Source: an uncultured Actinomycetes bacterium (lineage in GTDB: Bacteria > Actinomycetota > Thermoleophilia > Gaiellales > JAICJC01). From it: a DNA stretch of 64,000 nt. Where the stretch lies: the NCBI GenBank assembly GCA_963717845.1, contig CAVQXH010000001.1:45825-109824 (forward strand). Reading direction: 5' to 3'. The notes under the pieces are model-generated. The model was not told the origin of the DNA. It searched no databases and saw nothing but the letters and a program-made list of their open reading frames with translations. The position numbers were made by a program, and so were the translations under genes. Positions 30,095 through 39,240 of the stretch are shown here, in pieces; within the stretch, counting starts at the first letter, position 1, and every line of letters starts with the position of its first letter.

Positions 30095-31571
30095 TCACGG
30101 CCGGCCGGGCGGCTGGCCGAGATGTCGCATGGTGAGCGCGAACTTCAGGAACTGCTCCTGGAAGTCGTGCAGGACGAGGGGGTGCCCGGCGCCGTCGGGT
30201 GCGAGCGACCGCGCGTTCGGCTGCGCGCGGCGAAGCGCCGCCGCCTGGTGCTTCCACGCCCCGACCTGCTTGTGGAGATCGGCGATCGGCTTTGCCAGGT
30301 CGGCCGGGCCGACATCCGGGCGCGGCGCGTCGAGCAGGCACGCTCCGATGTGCTCAGCGCCGCGGACGCGGGGCGGCATGGCCTTGAGCGCCTCATCGGG
30401 GTTCGGGGCGAACCGGCGCAGGATCGTGGCGATGAGCGACGTGTGGTCGAAGAACGTGCTGCAGACGCCGTTCTTGACCCGCGGCCCGACCACGAGCGCC
30501 GGCACGCGGACGCCGTAGGTCTTGTACGTGCCGCCGTCGCCCGAGGGCACCGGCGGCGGGACGACGTGGTCGTAGAAGCCGCCGTGCTCGTCGTAGGTGA
30601 TCACGAGCACCGTGTCGTTCCACTGCGGGCTGTTCACGAGCGCCTGGAACAGGTCGAGCACGAGCCCCTGGCCGGCGTGGACGTCCGACGGCGGATGGTC
30701 GTCGTCGCCGGTGGGGTCGAACACCTGCAGGTCGATGAAGTTGGGGTCGATCCACGACACGTCCCGCAGCTTCCCGTTGGCGGCGTCGTCGATGAAGCTG
30801 CCGCCGACGAACGAGCACCTCCGCGGCCTGCAGCTCCAGGCTGACCGTCTTCTTGCTGAAGTAGGCGAAGTTGTCCTTGCTCAGGTGGAACAGCTCCCGG
30901 TACCGGCCGTCGACCGCGCGCAGCGTGGCCGGGTCGTGCGAGTACCACCGCCACTGGGTGTGATCGAGCTGCGCGCGTGAACGCCTTCAGGTCGTAGATC
31001 GGGATGTTCTCGAGCTTCGACCACACCGTCGATGCCGACCAGGTGGCAGAAGAGGCCGAGCTCGTGGGCGACCGACGTCGCCCTCCTCGCCGGCGATCGA
31101 GTAGCAGCGGTTCGGCATCGTGTCGCCGGGGATCGAGCTGTGCCACGAGTCGCACACGCAGAACGTGCGGGCGAGGAAGTCGTAGACGGGCAGGTGGGTC
31201 GCCGTGAAGTGCCCCATCGGCAGGTTGCGATGCTCCGGCAGCGGCTGCTTCTTGGCGATGAAGTTCTTGACGAAGCCCTTGTTGCCGCCCTTGAGCTGCT
31301 GGGCGACGTCGGCCGGGTCGTGACACGGGTCGAGGCTCTCGTCCAGCGGCTCGCCGAGCTTGTGGAACGCCGTGAAGTCCGGCGGATACTCGAACACCGG
31401 CACCGGCTTGCCGGCGTCGTCGGGGTTCGTCTCCTTCCCGGTCAGCCCGTTCACCGGCAGCCCGGCCTGCTGGAGATAGCCGAGCATGTGGTCGAACGAG
31501 CGGTTCTCCATCATGAGCACCACGAGGTGCTCGACCCCGTGCAGCCGGGCCAGGTCGTCGTCCGCTGCCAT
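30095..31571 (-). pseudogene. Phosphoesterase-family (phospholipase C/acid phosphatase type) gene broken into about 5 frame segments
   Basis: N-terminus is HLVVLMMENRSFDHMLGY...PNRCYSIAG. Middle pieces are TVWSKLENIPIYDLKAFTR and QLDHTQWRWYSHDPATLRAVDGRYRELFHLSKDNFAYFSKKTVSLELQ. C-terminus is FVGGSFIDDAANGKLRDVSWIDPNF...VITYDEHGGFYDH... Successive pieces each resume +1, at about 31080, 31030, 30972 and 30812. Confidence 0.75.
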
Positions 31572-31613
31572 CGCCGCCCTCCCTCGATCGCTCGACCGGG
31601 CCGCTGGCGCCGC

Positions 31614-32900
31614 CTATCCGGCCGGCGGCCCTCCGATGGTGTCCCCGTACCTGTGCGCCGCGATCCTCGGGCCCTCTTCGAGGTCGACGTCGTCGGACGA
31701 GTCGCCGCGCTCGAACTGCTCTTTCTCCGCCGAGGTCGTGCGCTTGAGCTCCTCGGCCGGCGGCGCCTCCGCTTTCATCATCGCGACCAGGATCTCGTAG
31801 ATCACCACGCGAACGCCGAGCGGCAGCCGGTTCTTGCGCACCACGTTTCCGCGTTTCATATACCGATTGTTCGGGATGATGAAGACACGCTCTTCAGGTA
31901 TTCCGTAATGCTCGGCGTATTTCTTCTTCATGCTCGACCGGGCGCCCAGGACGACGATGATCCCGCGCTTCACCTTCTCCGGCATGCCGATGCTGGCGTA
32001 TGCCTCCATCGTGTTCTTGAGGTCATCGCCCTCGTTCGTGGGGTCGTCGCGGCGGAAGTCGGCCACGGAGTCCGCGCTGTGCACGTTCCCCATGAAGACG
32101 AGCGTGTCGGCCACCTCGACCGCGCCCAGGTTGCCGGCGCTCCTGATGCCGTTGCCGAGGTCGCAGAAGACGCTGTGGAAGCCGTCGGCGAGCTTCTCGA
32201 GGCCGAGCTTGGCCTGGTACTTGGGCACCGTCGTCTTGGCGACGGCCTCCGAGGAGATCACGAACAGGCCCGACTCGCGCGGCCACTCCAGGTTCTCGGC
32301 GATGCTCTGCGCGGTCGGGAAGTCCCCGCCCCGGTAGCGGCGCACGTACTCCTGCAATTGCAGGGTGTCCTTGCGCTTGATGCCGAGCCGCCGGGCGGTG
32401 CCGCCCGGCGAGTCGTTCATGTCGACGACGACGCAGTCGCGCTTGATCGCGTCGGCGAAGAGCAGCCCAGTGGTCGTCGACCCTGCGGTCTTCCCGCTCG
32501 CGCCCTTGCTGTTCAGGAACGCGTAGATCTTCTTCGTCCGCCGCAGCCGCCAGAGCTCGTCCCGGGCGGCCCGGTTGCGGTGGCGCAGATCCCTGCGCAC
32601 GAGCCATTCCGCCGCATAGCGCAGGTACGAGCCGAGCACCATCACCGAGTCGAGCCTGCGGGTCGGCACCTCGGGCTCGTCATTCCAGATCTGCCTGCGC
32701 GGCCAGGCCGGGACGACGTCCTGATCCTTCACTGCAGGCACGTCAGCGGCCTTCTCGGCGTCCGCCGGCTGGGCCTTCTCGAAAATTGACGCAACCATGC
32801 GTTCGTTTTGTGACACTTCCTCGGTGCCCGTCTCTTCGCCGACGATGCCTCGCCGTAGCATGTGACCTAACCGAGAACCTGAGCGTGGCGGCATGCTCAT
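31614..32900 (-). CDS. Orphan ParA/MinD-like (SIMIBI) ATPase with N-terminal extension and deviant Walker A KGASGKT
   Basis: ATG at 32900 preceded by GAGGAGG. Key sequences are KKIYAFLNSKGASGKTAGSTTTG, CVVVDMNDSPGG and VFCDLGNG. The gene has visibly lower GC and about 25 Lys. No parB-like partner is present. Confidence 0.6.
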   Translation of the reverse strand: MSMPPRSGSRLGHMLRRGIVGEETGTEEVSQNERMVASIFEKAQPADAEKAADVPAVKDQDVVPAWPRRQIWNDEPEVPTRRLDSVMVLGSYLRYAAEWLVRRDLRHRNRAARDELWRLRRTKKIYAFLNSKGASGKTAGSTTTGLLFADAIKRDCVVVDMNDSPGGTARRLGIKRKDTLQLQEYVRRYRGGDFPTAQSIAENLEWPRESGLFVISSEAVAKTTVPKYQAKLGLEKLADGFHSVFCDLGNGIRSAGNLGAVEVADTLVFMGNVHSADSVADFRRDDPTNEGDDLKNTMEAYASIGMPEKVKRGIIVVLGARSSMKKKYAEHYGIPEERVFIIPNNRYMKRGNVVRKNRLPLGVRVVIYEILVAMMKAEAPPAEELKRTTSAEKEQFERGDSSDDVDLEEGPRIAAHRYGDTIGGPPAG

Positions 32901-32992
32901 CTGCCCGACCTCCTCGTAGGTAGGCGACGATAGCACTGGTCCGTGCACGTGTACAAACCGCGCGACCGCGGCCGGCGCGCGCCGACCGGGCC

Positions 32993-33655
32993 TCAGACCT
33001 GACCCGCTCCCGGTTGGACGAGCCCGCTTTCGTACGCGACGACCACGGCCTGGGCGCGATCGTGCAGCCCGAGCTTGGCGAAGATCCGGGTGATGTGGGT
33101 CTTGACCGTGGCGTCGCCGACGACGAGCGTCCGGGCGATGTCGGCGTTGGAGAGGCCGCGGGCGATCAGCCGCAGCACCTCCAGCTCGCGCGGGGTCAGA
33201 TCGGCGAGCTTCACGGGGCGGTCGCGTGCGAGCGGCCGGCCGGCGTAGTCCTCGATGAGGCGGCGGGTGATCGAGGGCGCGAGGAGGGCCTCGCCGGCGG
33301 CCACCACCCGCACGGCGTGGATCAGCTCGTCGCGGCCGGCGTCCTTGAGCAGGAATCCGGCGGCGCCGGCGCGCAGCGCCTCGTAGACGTACTCGTCGAG
33401 GTCGAAGGTCGTCAGGATCAGGACCCGCGGCGACATGCGCTCGCGCACGATCCGCCGGGTCGCCTCGATGCCGTCGACGGCCGGCATGCGGATGTCCATC
33501 AGCACGACGTGCGGCCGCAGCACGCGCGCTGCCTCGATCGCCTCCCGGCCGTCACCCGCCTCTCCGACCACGTCCAGATCGGGCTGCGCCTCGAGCATCA
33601 CGCGGAAGCCGGCGCGCACGAGCGCCTGGTCGTCGGCGATGAGGACGCGCGTCAT
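32993..33655 (-). CDS. NarL/LuxR-family response regulator
   Basis: Receiver domain (VLIADDQALVRAG...VLMDIRMP) plus a LuxR HTH (LTPRELEVLRLIARGLSNADIA). ATGA overlap with the kinase gene. Confidence 0.9.
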   Translation of the reverse strand: MTRVLIADDQALVRAGFRVMLEAQPDLDVVGEAGDGREAIEAARVLRPHVVLMDIRMPAVDGIEATRRIVRERMSPRVLILTTFDLDEYVYEALRAGAAGFLLKDAGRDELIHAVRVVAAGEALLAPSITRRLIEDYAGRPLARDRPVKLADLTPRELEVLRLIARGLSNADIARTLVVGDATVKTHITRIFAKLGLHDRAQAVVVAYESGLVQPGAGQV

Positions 33656-34821
33656 CGAGCGGTGTCCGGGTCGAGCGGCAACCGCGCCCGCACCGCGTAC
33701 CCGTGCCCGTTGCGGGCGCCGGCCTCGAGCACCCCGCCGTAGAGGGCGACCCGCTCACGCATCCCGATCAACCCATGCCCGGGGCTCCCGGCCGCCGCCC
33801 CGGCGCCCGCCCCGTTGTCGACGACCTCGAGCTCGACGATCGTCTCGCCGTAGCGGACGATGACCTCCGCCTCCGCCTCGCCCGCGTGCTTGAGCATGTT
33901 CGTCAGGGCCTCCTGCACGATCCGGTAGGCGGACAGGTCGACACCCGGCGGGACATCGACGGGCGCGCCTTCGATGCGCAGGTCGACGCGCCGTCCGGCC
34001 GTGCGCAGCTCCTCGACGAGCGCCCCCAGCGAGCCGAGCCCGGGCTGGGGGCCGACCGCCAGGCGCTCGTCATCGGTGCGCAGCACCCCGAGCAGCCGGC
34101 GCAGCTCGGTGAGCGCCTCGCGGCCGCTCGCCTCGATCGCGCCGAACGCGCCGCGCACCCGCGCCGGGTCGGCGAGCAGGTCGGGGCCGGCCTGCGCCTG
34201 CACGACCATCACGGTGACCGTGTGCGCGATGACGTCGTGCAGCTCGCGGGCGATCCGGGCGCGCTCCTCGAGCACCGCCTCCTGGGCGGTGAGATCGCGC
34301 TCGCGCTCGGCGAGGTCGGCGCGCTCGTCACGATCGCGGACGACGCGGCGCACGATCAGCATGACGACGAGCGTCCCGAGGGCCCACAGCGGCCGCTGGC
34401 CGTATGCCGCGCCGGGCACGAGGTCAGCGGCGACGACCGCCGCCATGCCCAGAGCGAACCGCGGCGGCGGCGACCAGACGGCCAGCGCGTAGAGGGCGCA
34501 CAGATAGGCGACGGCGTTCGAGATCACCTGGGGGTCGCCGTGGAAGGCGATCACAAGCCCCATCGCGATCCCCGCGCCGGCGCCCGCGAGGGTGGGGTAC
34601 CGGCGGCGGATGGCGACGGCCGCTCCCAGCCACACGACGAGCAGCGCCGGCACGAGCCGCCCGCTCCCGGCGGTGCTGCCGAACGCGACCTGCGCGAGCC
34701 CGGCGATCGTCAGCACCGCGGCGAGCGCCCGGTCGAGCTTGCACGGGGTCAGGTCGCCGGCTGAGACGACGAGGGACGCGCACACGCCCACCGTATCCCG
34801 GTCGGCGCGCCGTGTCATCAC
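33652..34821 (-). CDS. Sensor histidine kinase (HisKA_3 / NarX-DesK type)
   Basis: N-terminal TM helices, H-box ARELHDVIAHTVTVMVVQA, and an HATPase C-terminus (VVDNGAGAG...GHGLIGMRERV). Confidence 0.85.
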   Translation of the reverse strand: MMTRRADRDTVGVCASLVVSAGDLTPCKLDRALAAVLTIAGLAQVAFGSTAGSGRLVPALLVVWLGAAVAIRRRYPTLAGAGAGIAMGLVIAFHGDPQVISNAVAYLCALYALAVWSPPPRFALGMAAVVAADLVPGAAYGQRPLWALGTLVVMLIVRRVVRDRDERADLAERERDLTAQEAVLEERARIARELHDVIAHTVTVMVVQAQAGPDLLADPARVRGAFGAIEASGREALTELRRLLGVLRTDDERLAVGPQPGLGSLGALVEELRTAGRRVDLRIEGAPVDVPPGVDLSAYRIVQEALTNMLKHAGEAEAEVIVRYGETIVELEVVDNGAGAGAAAGSPGHGLIGMRERVALYGGVLEAGARNGHGYAVRARLPLDPDTAR

Positions 34822-34946
34822 CGCCCGCTCCTACACGCGGCAGGCGAGGATCCACCCACGGTCGTAGACGAGATCCCCGCCCGCTCTGACGACAGGCGCG
34901 ATCCGGCTCCGTACGCTCGCCGATGACATCACGACCGGAGGTTCAC

Positions 34947-35330
34947 ATGCCCACACAGTCCACCGCACGCTCGATCTTCGCCGACCGCCGGCGCCTGCTC
35001 ACCGCCATCGCGATCGCGCTGGGAGTCGGCGAGCTCATCGATTCCTTCGCGATCAGCTTCTGGGAGGGCGCGGTCGCCTTCGGCATCCTCTTCCTCGCCG
35101 GCGCGGCGTGGACGCGCCGCGGCGGCGTCGGCGGCCCGATCCTCATCGGCGCGCTGTGCGCGTTCGAGATCCAGGGGTTCTTTCAGTGGCAGCGCGGCGG
35201 AGCCGCCGACTGGGCCAGCCAGATCGCGTTCCTGATCGTCTCCGCGATCGGCCTGCTCACCGCCATCGCGGTGCTCCGCAGCGCGTACCAGGCACGGAGC
35301 GCGGAGCGGTCGGTCGCCCGGGCGGTGTGA
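34947..35330 (+). CDS. Small membrane protein, unknown function
   Basis: ATG at 34947 with GGAGG 6 nt upstream. Four hydrophobic segments. Divergent from the kinase operon. The stop lies 1 nt from the tRNA-Val. Confidence 0.45.
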   Translation: MPTQSTARSIFADRRRLLTAIAIALGVGELIDSFAISFWEGAVAFGILFLAGAAWTRRGGVGGPILIGALCAFEIQGFFQWQRGGAADWASQIAFLIVSAIGLLTAIAVLRSAYQARSAERSVARAV

Positions 35331-35331
35331 A

Positions 35332-35404
35332 TGGGCGCAACAGGGCTCGAACCTGTGACCTTCCGCGCGTGAAGCGGACGCTCTCCCAGCTGAGCTATGC
35401 GCCC
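35332..35404 (-). tRNA. tRNA-Val (anticodon CAC)
   Basis: The reverse complement reads GGGCGCATAGCTCAGCTGGGAGAGCGTCCGCTTCACGCGCGGAAGGTCACAGGTTCGAGCCCTGTTGCGCCCA. It forms a 7-bp acceptor stem, anticodon loop TTCACGC and T-loop GGTTCGAGCC. CCA is not encoded. Confidence 0.9.
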
Positions 35405-35445
35405 CGGGACGCGAAGGATACCGCGCCCCGGGGCGTGTCGTTCGG

Positions 35446-36728
35446 TCAGCCGGCGGCGAGCGGTGCGGGGAAGAGTCCGGGCCCGTCGGCGGCCAGCACG
35501 GCCCAGGCGGCACCGGCCGCGGCGGGCCACACGTGGTACTCGCCGTAGCCGCCCGCAGCGACCGTGCGGTCGGCCATCAGGGGGGCGTCGCCGCTTCCCG
35601 ACGTGATCTTCGCCCAGCTGCGCAGGCTCGCGGCCAGGGACGCGGTGGGGGCGCCGACGGCGGACTCGGCGGCGAGCATCTGCGCGCTGCCCTCGAGGAA
35701 GAGCACGTCCGGCGTGCCCGCGCCGGCGAACGGCCGAAAGCCCGAGAACGGCCCGGGAGCCGCAGTACGTCTCGTTGTAGGTCGAAACGGCGGAGGAGCG
35801 CACGATCGAGCGCCCCGAGAGCGGCGAACCGCGCATTCGCAAACGCGACCACCCGGCGGGCCGTCGCCGTCTGGCCGCGCGAGCGCAGGAACATCGCGCC
35901 GAGCGACTGCACGTCGAGCGGGAGCACGGTGTCGCCGGCGCCCTCGATGAAGTGCGTGCCGCCGGCCGTCGACATGAGGCCGGTCGTGATGCCCGCGGCG
36001 ATCGTCTTCGCGGCCGCGGCATCGCGAGCCGCGGATGCCGGGTGGGCGCTGCGCATGTCGCGGCCGAGCCGGGTGAGGAGCGCGTAGGCGAGCAGGTTGT
36101 TCTGGGTCGAGATCCAGGTCACGTCGGGGCCGCCCTGCACGAGCCCGTCGGCACTTCGCAGCGCGAGCAGGCCGGCGGCTGCCCGCTCGGCGACGGTGCG
36201 GTAGCGGGTGCTCCGGAAGCGATGGTCGTACGCGGCCGCGGCCAGGCCGACCCAGGCGACGGTGCCCGAGCGAACGACGCCAGAGCTCTCGCCCGTGAGC
36301 ACGTCGAAGGCGGTCGCGATCGAGCCGTCGGCCGCCTGCAGCGCCGCGAGCTGGTCGAGCAGGGTGGCCGCGTCGTGGCGGTCGCCGGCCGCGGTGAAGG
36401 CGATGGCGGTGACCGCCGAGTCGTATGTCCACGACCAGTTCGCGAGCCGGGCGGCGGAGGGGTCGCCGGCGGGGATCCGGAACGAGCGCACGAGCCGCAG
36501 CGGATGCGCGGCGCCGGCGGCGGAGAGCACCGCGGCGCCCTCCCCGGCGGCCTGCATGCGGGCGGTCCCGGCGGCGCCGCTCGGGCGGGCGACGGGCCCG
36601 ATCTGGGCGGCCAGCCAGCGGGTCAGCGGGGCGGTGCGGGTGGAGCTCGCGGCGGCCGGGCCGGGCAGCGCGGCCGAGGCGGCGGCGAGCAGGCAGAGGG
36701 TGAGCGTGAGGCGCAGGCGTGCAGGCAT
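35446..36728 (-). pseudogene. Secreted protein of uncertain fold, possibly alpha/alpha-toroid-like; two frame changes near the C-terminus as given
   Basis: Signal peptide MPARLRLTLTLCLLAAASAA. The body is WSWTYDSAVTAIAFTAAGD...WISTQNNLLAYALL. The tail continues as SGRSIVRSSAVSTYNETY, then APGPFSGFRPFAGAGTPDVLFLEGSAQML...stop at 35446, each piece +1, at about 35819 and 35761. The fold assignment is tentative. Confidence 0.5.
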
Positions 36729-36786
36729 GGGGCACTCACTCGACCCATCGGGGGCACGTCCCCCATCCCCGCTTCGTGGTATTGCC

Positions 36787-37773
36787 CTACATCGCGACGT
36801 CGGTGCCGAGGCCGAGCGCGCGGGCGCCGGCGAGCACGAGCGCTGCGGCCACGGCATCCTGCGCCGCCACCCCGACCGACTTGTAGAGCGTGATCTGCTC
36901 GGCGCTCGTGCGGCCCGGGCGCGAGCCCGCCACGAGCTCGCCGAGCTCGGCGTGCACGTGGTCGGCCGTGATGGCTCCGTCGCGGATCGCCCAGCCGAGG
37001 TCGTTCGACCCCTGCGGGAAGGGCGCGAGCGCCGCCGTCCGCGACTCGACCACGACCAGCGATCGCGCCACGGCCTCGGCGTCGAGCTCGCGGCCGTCGC
37101 CGTTCACGCCCACCGAGGTCACGTGCATGCCCGGCTCGAGCCAGGCGCCGCGGACGACCGGCTCGGGCGAGTGCGAGCAGGCCGCCACGATGTCGGCGCC
37201 GGCGATGGCGTCGCGGTACCCCTCGGAAGACCGCGCCGGCACGCCCAGCTCGGCGCCGAGCTCGGCCGCGAGCGCCGCGGCCTTGGCCGGGTCGCGGCCG
37301 GCCACACGCAGCTCTCGCAGCGGTCGCACCCGCGCGAGTGCGCGCGCGTGCGCGCGGGCCTGCACCCCCGTCCCGAGCACGGCCAGCACCGCCGCATCGG
37401 GGCGGGCCAGCAGCCGCGCCGAGAGCGCCGAGGCGGCCGCCGTGCGCTCGGCGGTGATCACCTCGCCGTCCATCACCGCGAGCGGGACGCCGGTCGCGGG
37501 CTCGAAGACCGCGATCAGCGCGACGTGGCTCGGCAGGCCGCGATCGGGGTTGCGCGGGAACTGGCCGACCAGCTTGGCGGCGAGCGCTCCGGCGCCGGGC
37601 ACGTAGGCGGGCATCGCGAGCAGCGTGCCGCCGACCTCGGCGACGCTCGCGCCGGTGCGCGGCGGCACGGACGCGGCTCCGCTGGAGAGCTCCTCCATCG
37701 CCGCCGCGACCACGTCGACGAGCCGGTCGCGGTCGATCGCCGCCTCCACCTCGGACCGGGTCAGGATCAGCAC
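36787..37773 (-). CDS. Ornithine cyclodeaminase/mu-crystallin family protein
   Basis: 328-aa ORF with a Rossmann motif VLGTGVQARAHARA and overall OCD-like sequence. Confidence 0.85.
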   Translation of the reverse strand: MLILTRSEVEAAIDRDRLVDVVAAAMEELSSGAASVPPRTGASVAEVGGTLLAMPAYVPGAGALAAKLVGQFPRNPDRGLPSHVALIAVFEPATGVPLAVMDGEVITAERTAAASALSARLLARPDAAVLAVLGTGVQARAHARALARVRPLRELRVAGRDPAKAAALAAELGAELGVPARSSEGYRDAIAGADIVAACSHSPEPVVRGAWLEPGMHVTSVGVNGDGRELDAEAVARSLVVVESRTAALAPFPQGSNDLGWAIRDGAITADHVHAELGELVAGSRPGRTSAEQITLYKSVGVAAQDAVAAALVLAGARALGLGTDVAM

Positions 37774-37905
37774 CGGCGGATTGTCGGCCCCACCGCCGCC
37801 CGCGTCAACCGGGCAGCCGCCGACCGGGGAGGCGGTTCACCCGGAAGGGGTAGAGCGGAGCGGCTCCGGACCGTCGATGAAACCCACGGCCCCGCCTGGG
37901 CCGCC

Positions 37906-39222
37906 ATGACCCGGATCATCGCCCTCACCCTCCTCTGCACCGCCTCGCTCTCGACGGGCGTCGTCGTCGCGTCCCCTTCGCTCGCGAACGTCTTCCGCAC
38001 CCACCACGGGCCGGTGCACCACTCGAAGAACCTGTGGCGGTGGTCGGTGTCGGGCGGGACGACCACGACCCCCGCGCCCTCCACGGCCGCCCACCGCAAG
38101 CGGGCGAAGCACACGTACCGCTCGGGCCAGAGCGCGCCGCTCCTGATCGTGACGTCCCCGCCGCCGGCGACGCAGACCGCGACCACCCCGCCGCCGCCGG
38201 CATCGACGCGCTCCGGGTCGCCCGACCCCACCCCGGGGCCGGCCGCGAACCAGCCGTTCACGCTGCGCAGCGTCGATGCCCGCTGCTTCGGCGCGACGCC
38301 CGCGCCGGGCGGCTGGCCATTCGCGCCCACCGCATCGGTGCACCCCCTCCGCGGCAGCTTCGACGAGCCGCGCGACCCGGTCCACATCGGCGTCGATATC
38401 GAGGCCCCGCGCGACCAGGCGCCCGTCTACGCGATGCAGTCCGGCACCGTGCGCAACATGCAGCCCGACCATTTCGACGTTGTGGCCAGGGGCGGCCCGA
38501 AGGGCGCCTATCTGCAGTACTGGCACGTCAGGGTGGCCGGCGGCATCCACGCCGGGGCGGTCGTGCGCCGGCGCCAGCTGCTCGGCACGGTCAAGCCGCA
38601 CATGCTGCACGTGCACATCTCGGAGTACGTGCCCGGCTGCGGCCTCGTCAACCCGGCCCGGCCGCACGGGCTGCTCGCCGACCCGTACAACACCGAGTGG
38701 CCCTCGATCGGCCCGCTCACGGCAACGGCCGCGGGGCCGCGGGCCTGGGTGCCGCTGACCGTCAGCCAGGCGCCCGGCGAGGTCGCCGACCCCGCCCGCC
38801 CGGTGGCGCTCGATGCCCTCTCCGGCACCGTCGACCTGCGCGCGAACGTGACCGACACACCCAAGCTGCGGATGCAGCACAACCTGCAGATGCCGCTCGC
38901 CCCGGCCGCGATCCGGGCCTACCTCGCCCCGGCCACGAACGTCCACCGGCACCTGTTCATGCGCACGATCTTCGACGGCTCCCGCCTGCTTCCGACCGGC
39001 TCGCCGCTCTGGCACTACTGGGCCTTCGGCACCTATCGCCAGAACGCGTGCTACTTCACCGCCGGCGCCACCTGCGGCATGCGGATGGTGTGGCACGTGG
39101 GCGGCCCGCACGGCTTCGACACCACGACCGTGCCGAACGGGGCCTACAAGTACTGCGTCGAGGCGCTCACCATCGCGGGCGTCGACGGCCGCCGCTGCAC
39201 CGCGGTCAGAATCTCCAACTAA
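37906..39222 (+). CDS. Secreted M23/LytM-type metallopeptidase-domain protein with Pro/Thr linker and C-terminal domain
   Basis: ATG at 37906 followed by a signal peptide. HxxxD motif (VHIGVDIEA) and HxH motif (LHVHISE). The C-terminal ~200 aa are unassigned. Confidence 0.7.
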   Translation: MTRIIALTLLCTASLSTGVVVASPSLANVFRTHHGPVHHSKNLWRWSVSGGTTTTPAPSTAAHRKRAKHTYRSGQSAPLLIVTSPPPATQTATTPPPPASTRSGSPDPTPGPAANQPFTLRSVDARCFGATPAPGGWPFAPTASVHPLRGSFDEPRDPVHIGVDIEAPRDQAPVYAMQSGTVRNMQPDHFDVVARGGPKGAYLQYWHVRVAGGIHAGAVVRRRQLLGTVKPHMLHVHISEYVPGCGLVNPARPHGLLADPYNTEWPSIGPLTATAAGPRAWVPLTVSQAPGEVADPARPVALDALSGTVDLRANVTDTPKLRMQHNLQMPLAPAAIRAYLAPATNVHRHLFMRTIFDGSRLLPTGSPLWHYWAFGTYRQNACYFTAGATCGMRMVWHVGGPHGFDTTTVPNGAYKYCVEALTIAGVDGRRCTAVRISN

Positions 39223-39240
39223 GTCTGCGAAACTGACGGC

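Noticed and set aside
29100-35404. Genomic island integrated at tRNA-Val. The region below the tRNA 3' end holds the low-GC ParA-like gene, the broken phosphoesterase gene and the repeat protein.
   Set aside because: No integrase, excisionase or transposase is present. I did not find a direct repeat of the tRNA 3' end. Most genes in the interval (two-component system, SDR, regulator) have native-looking composition. Only the ParA-like gene is clearly atypical.
37774-37905. Possible cyclic-di-AMP (ydaO-type) riboswitch upstream of the M23 peptidase gene. Fragments such as ACCGGGGAGG, CACCCGGAAGGGGUAG and CCGGACCGUCGAUGAAACCCACGG loosely resemble conserved parts of the motif.
   Set aside because: The matches are only partial by eye. 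The whole divergent intergenic region is about 130 nt and must also hold two promoters. A cmsearch with RF00379 would be needed, and I would expect it to fail.
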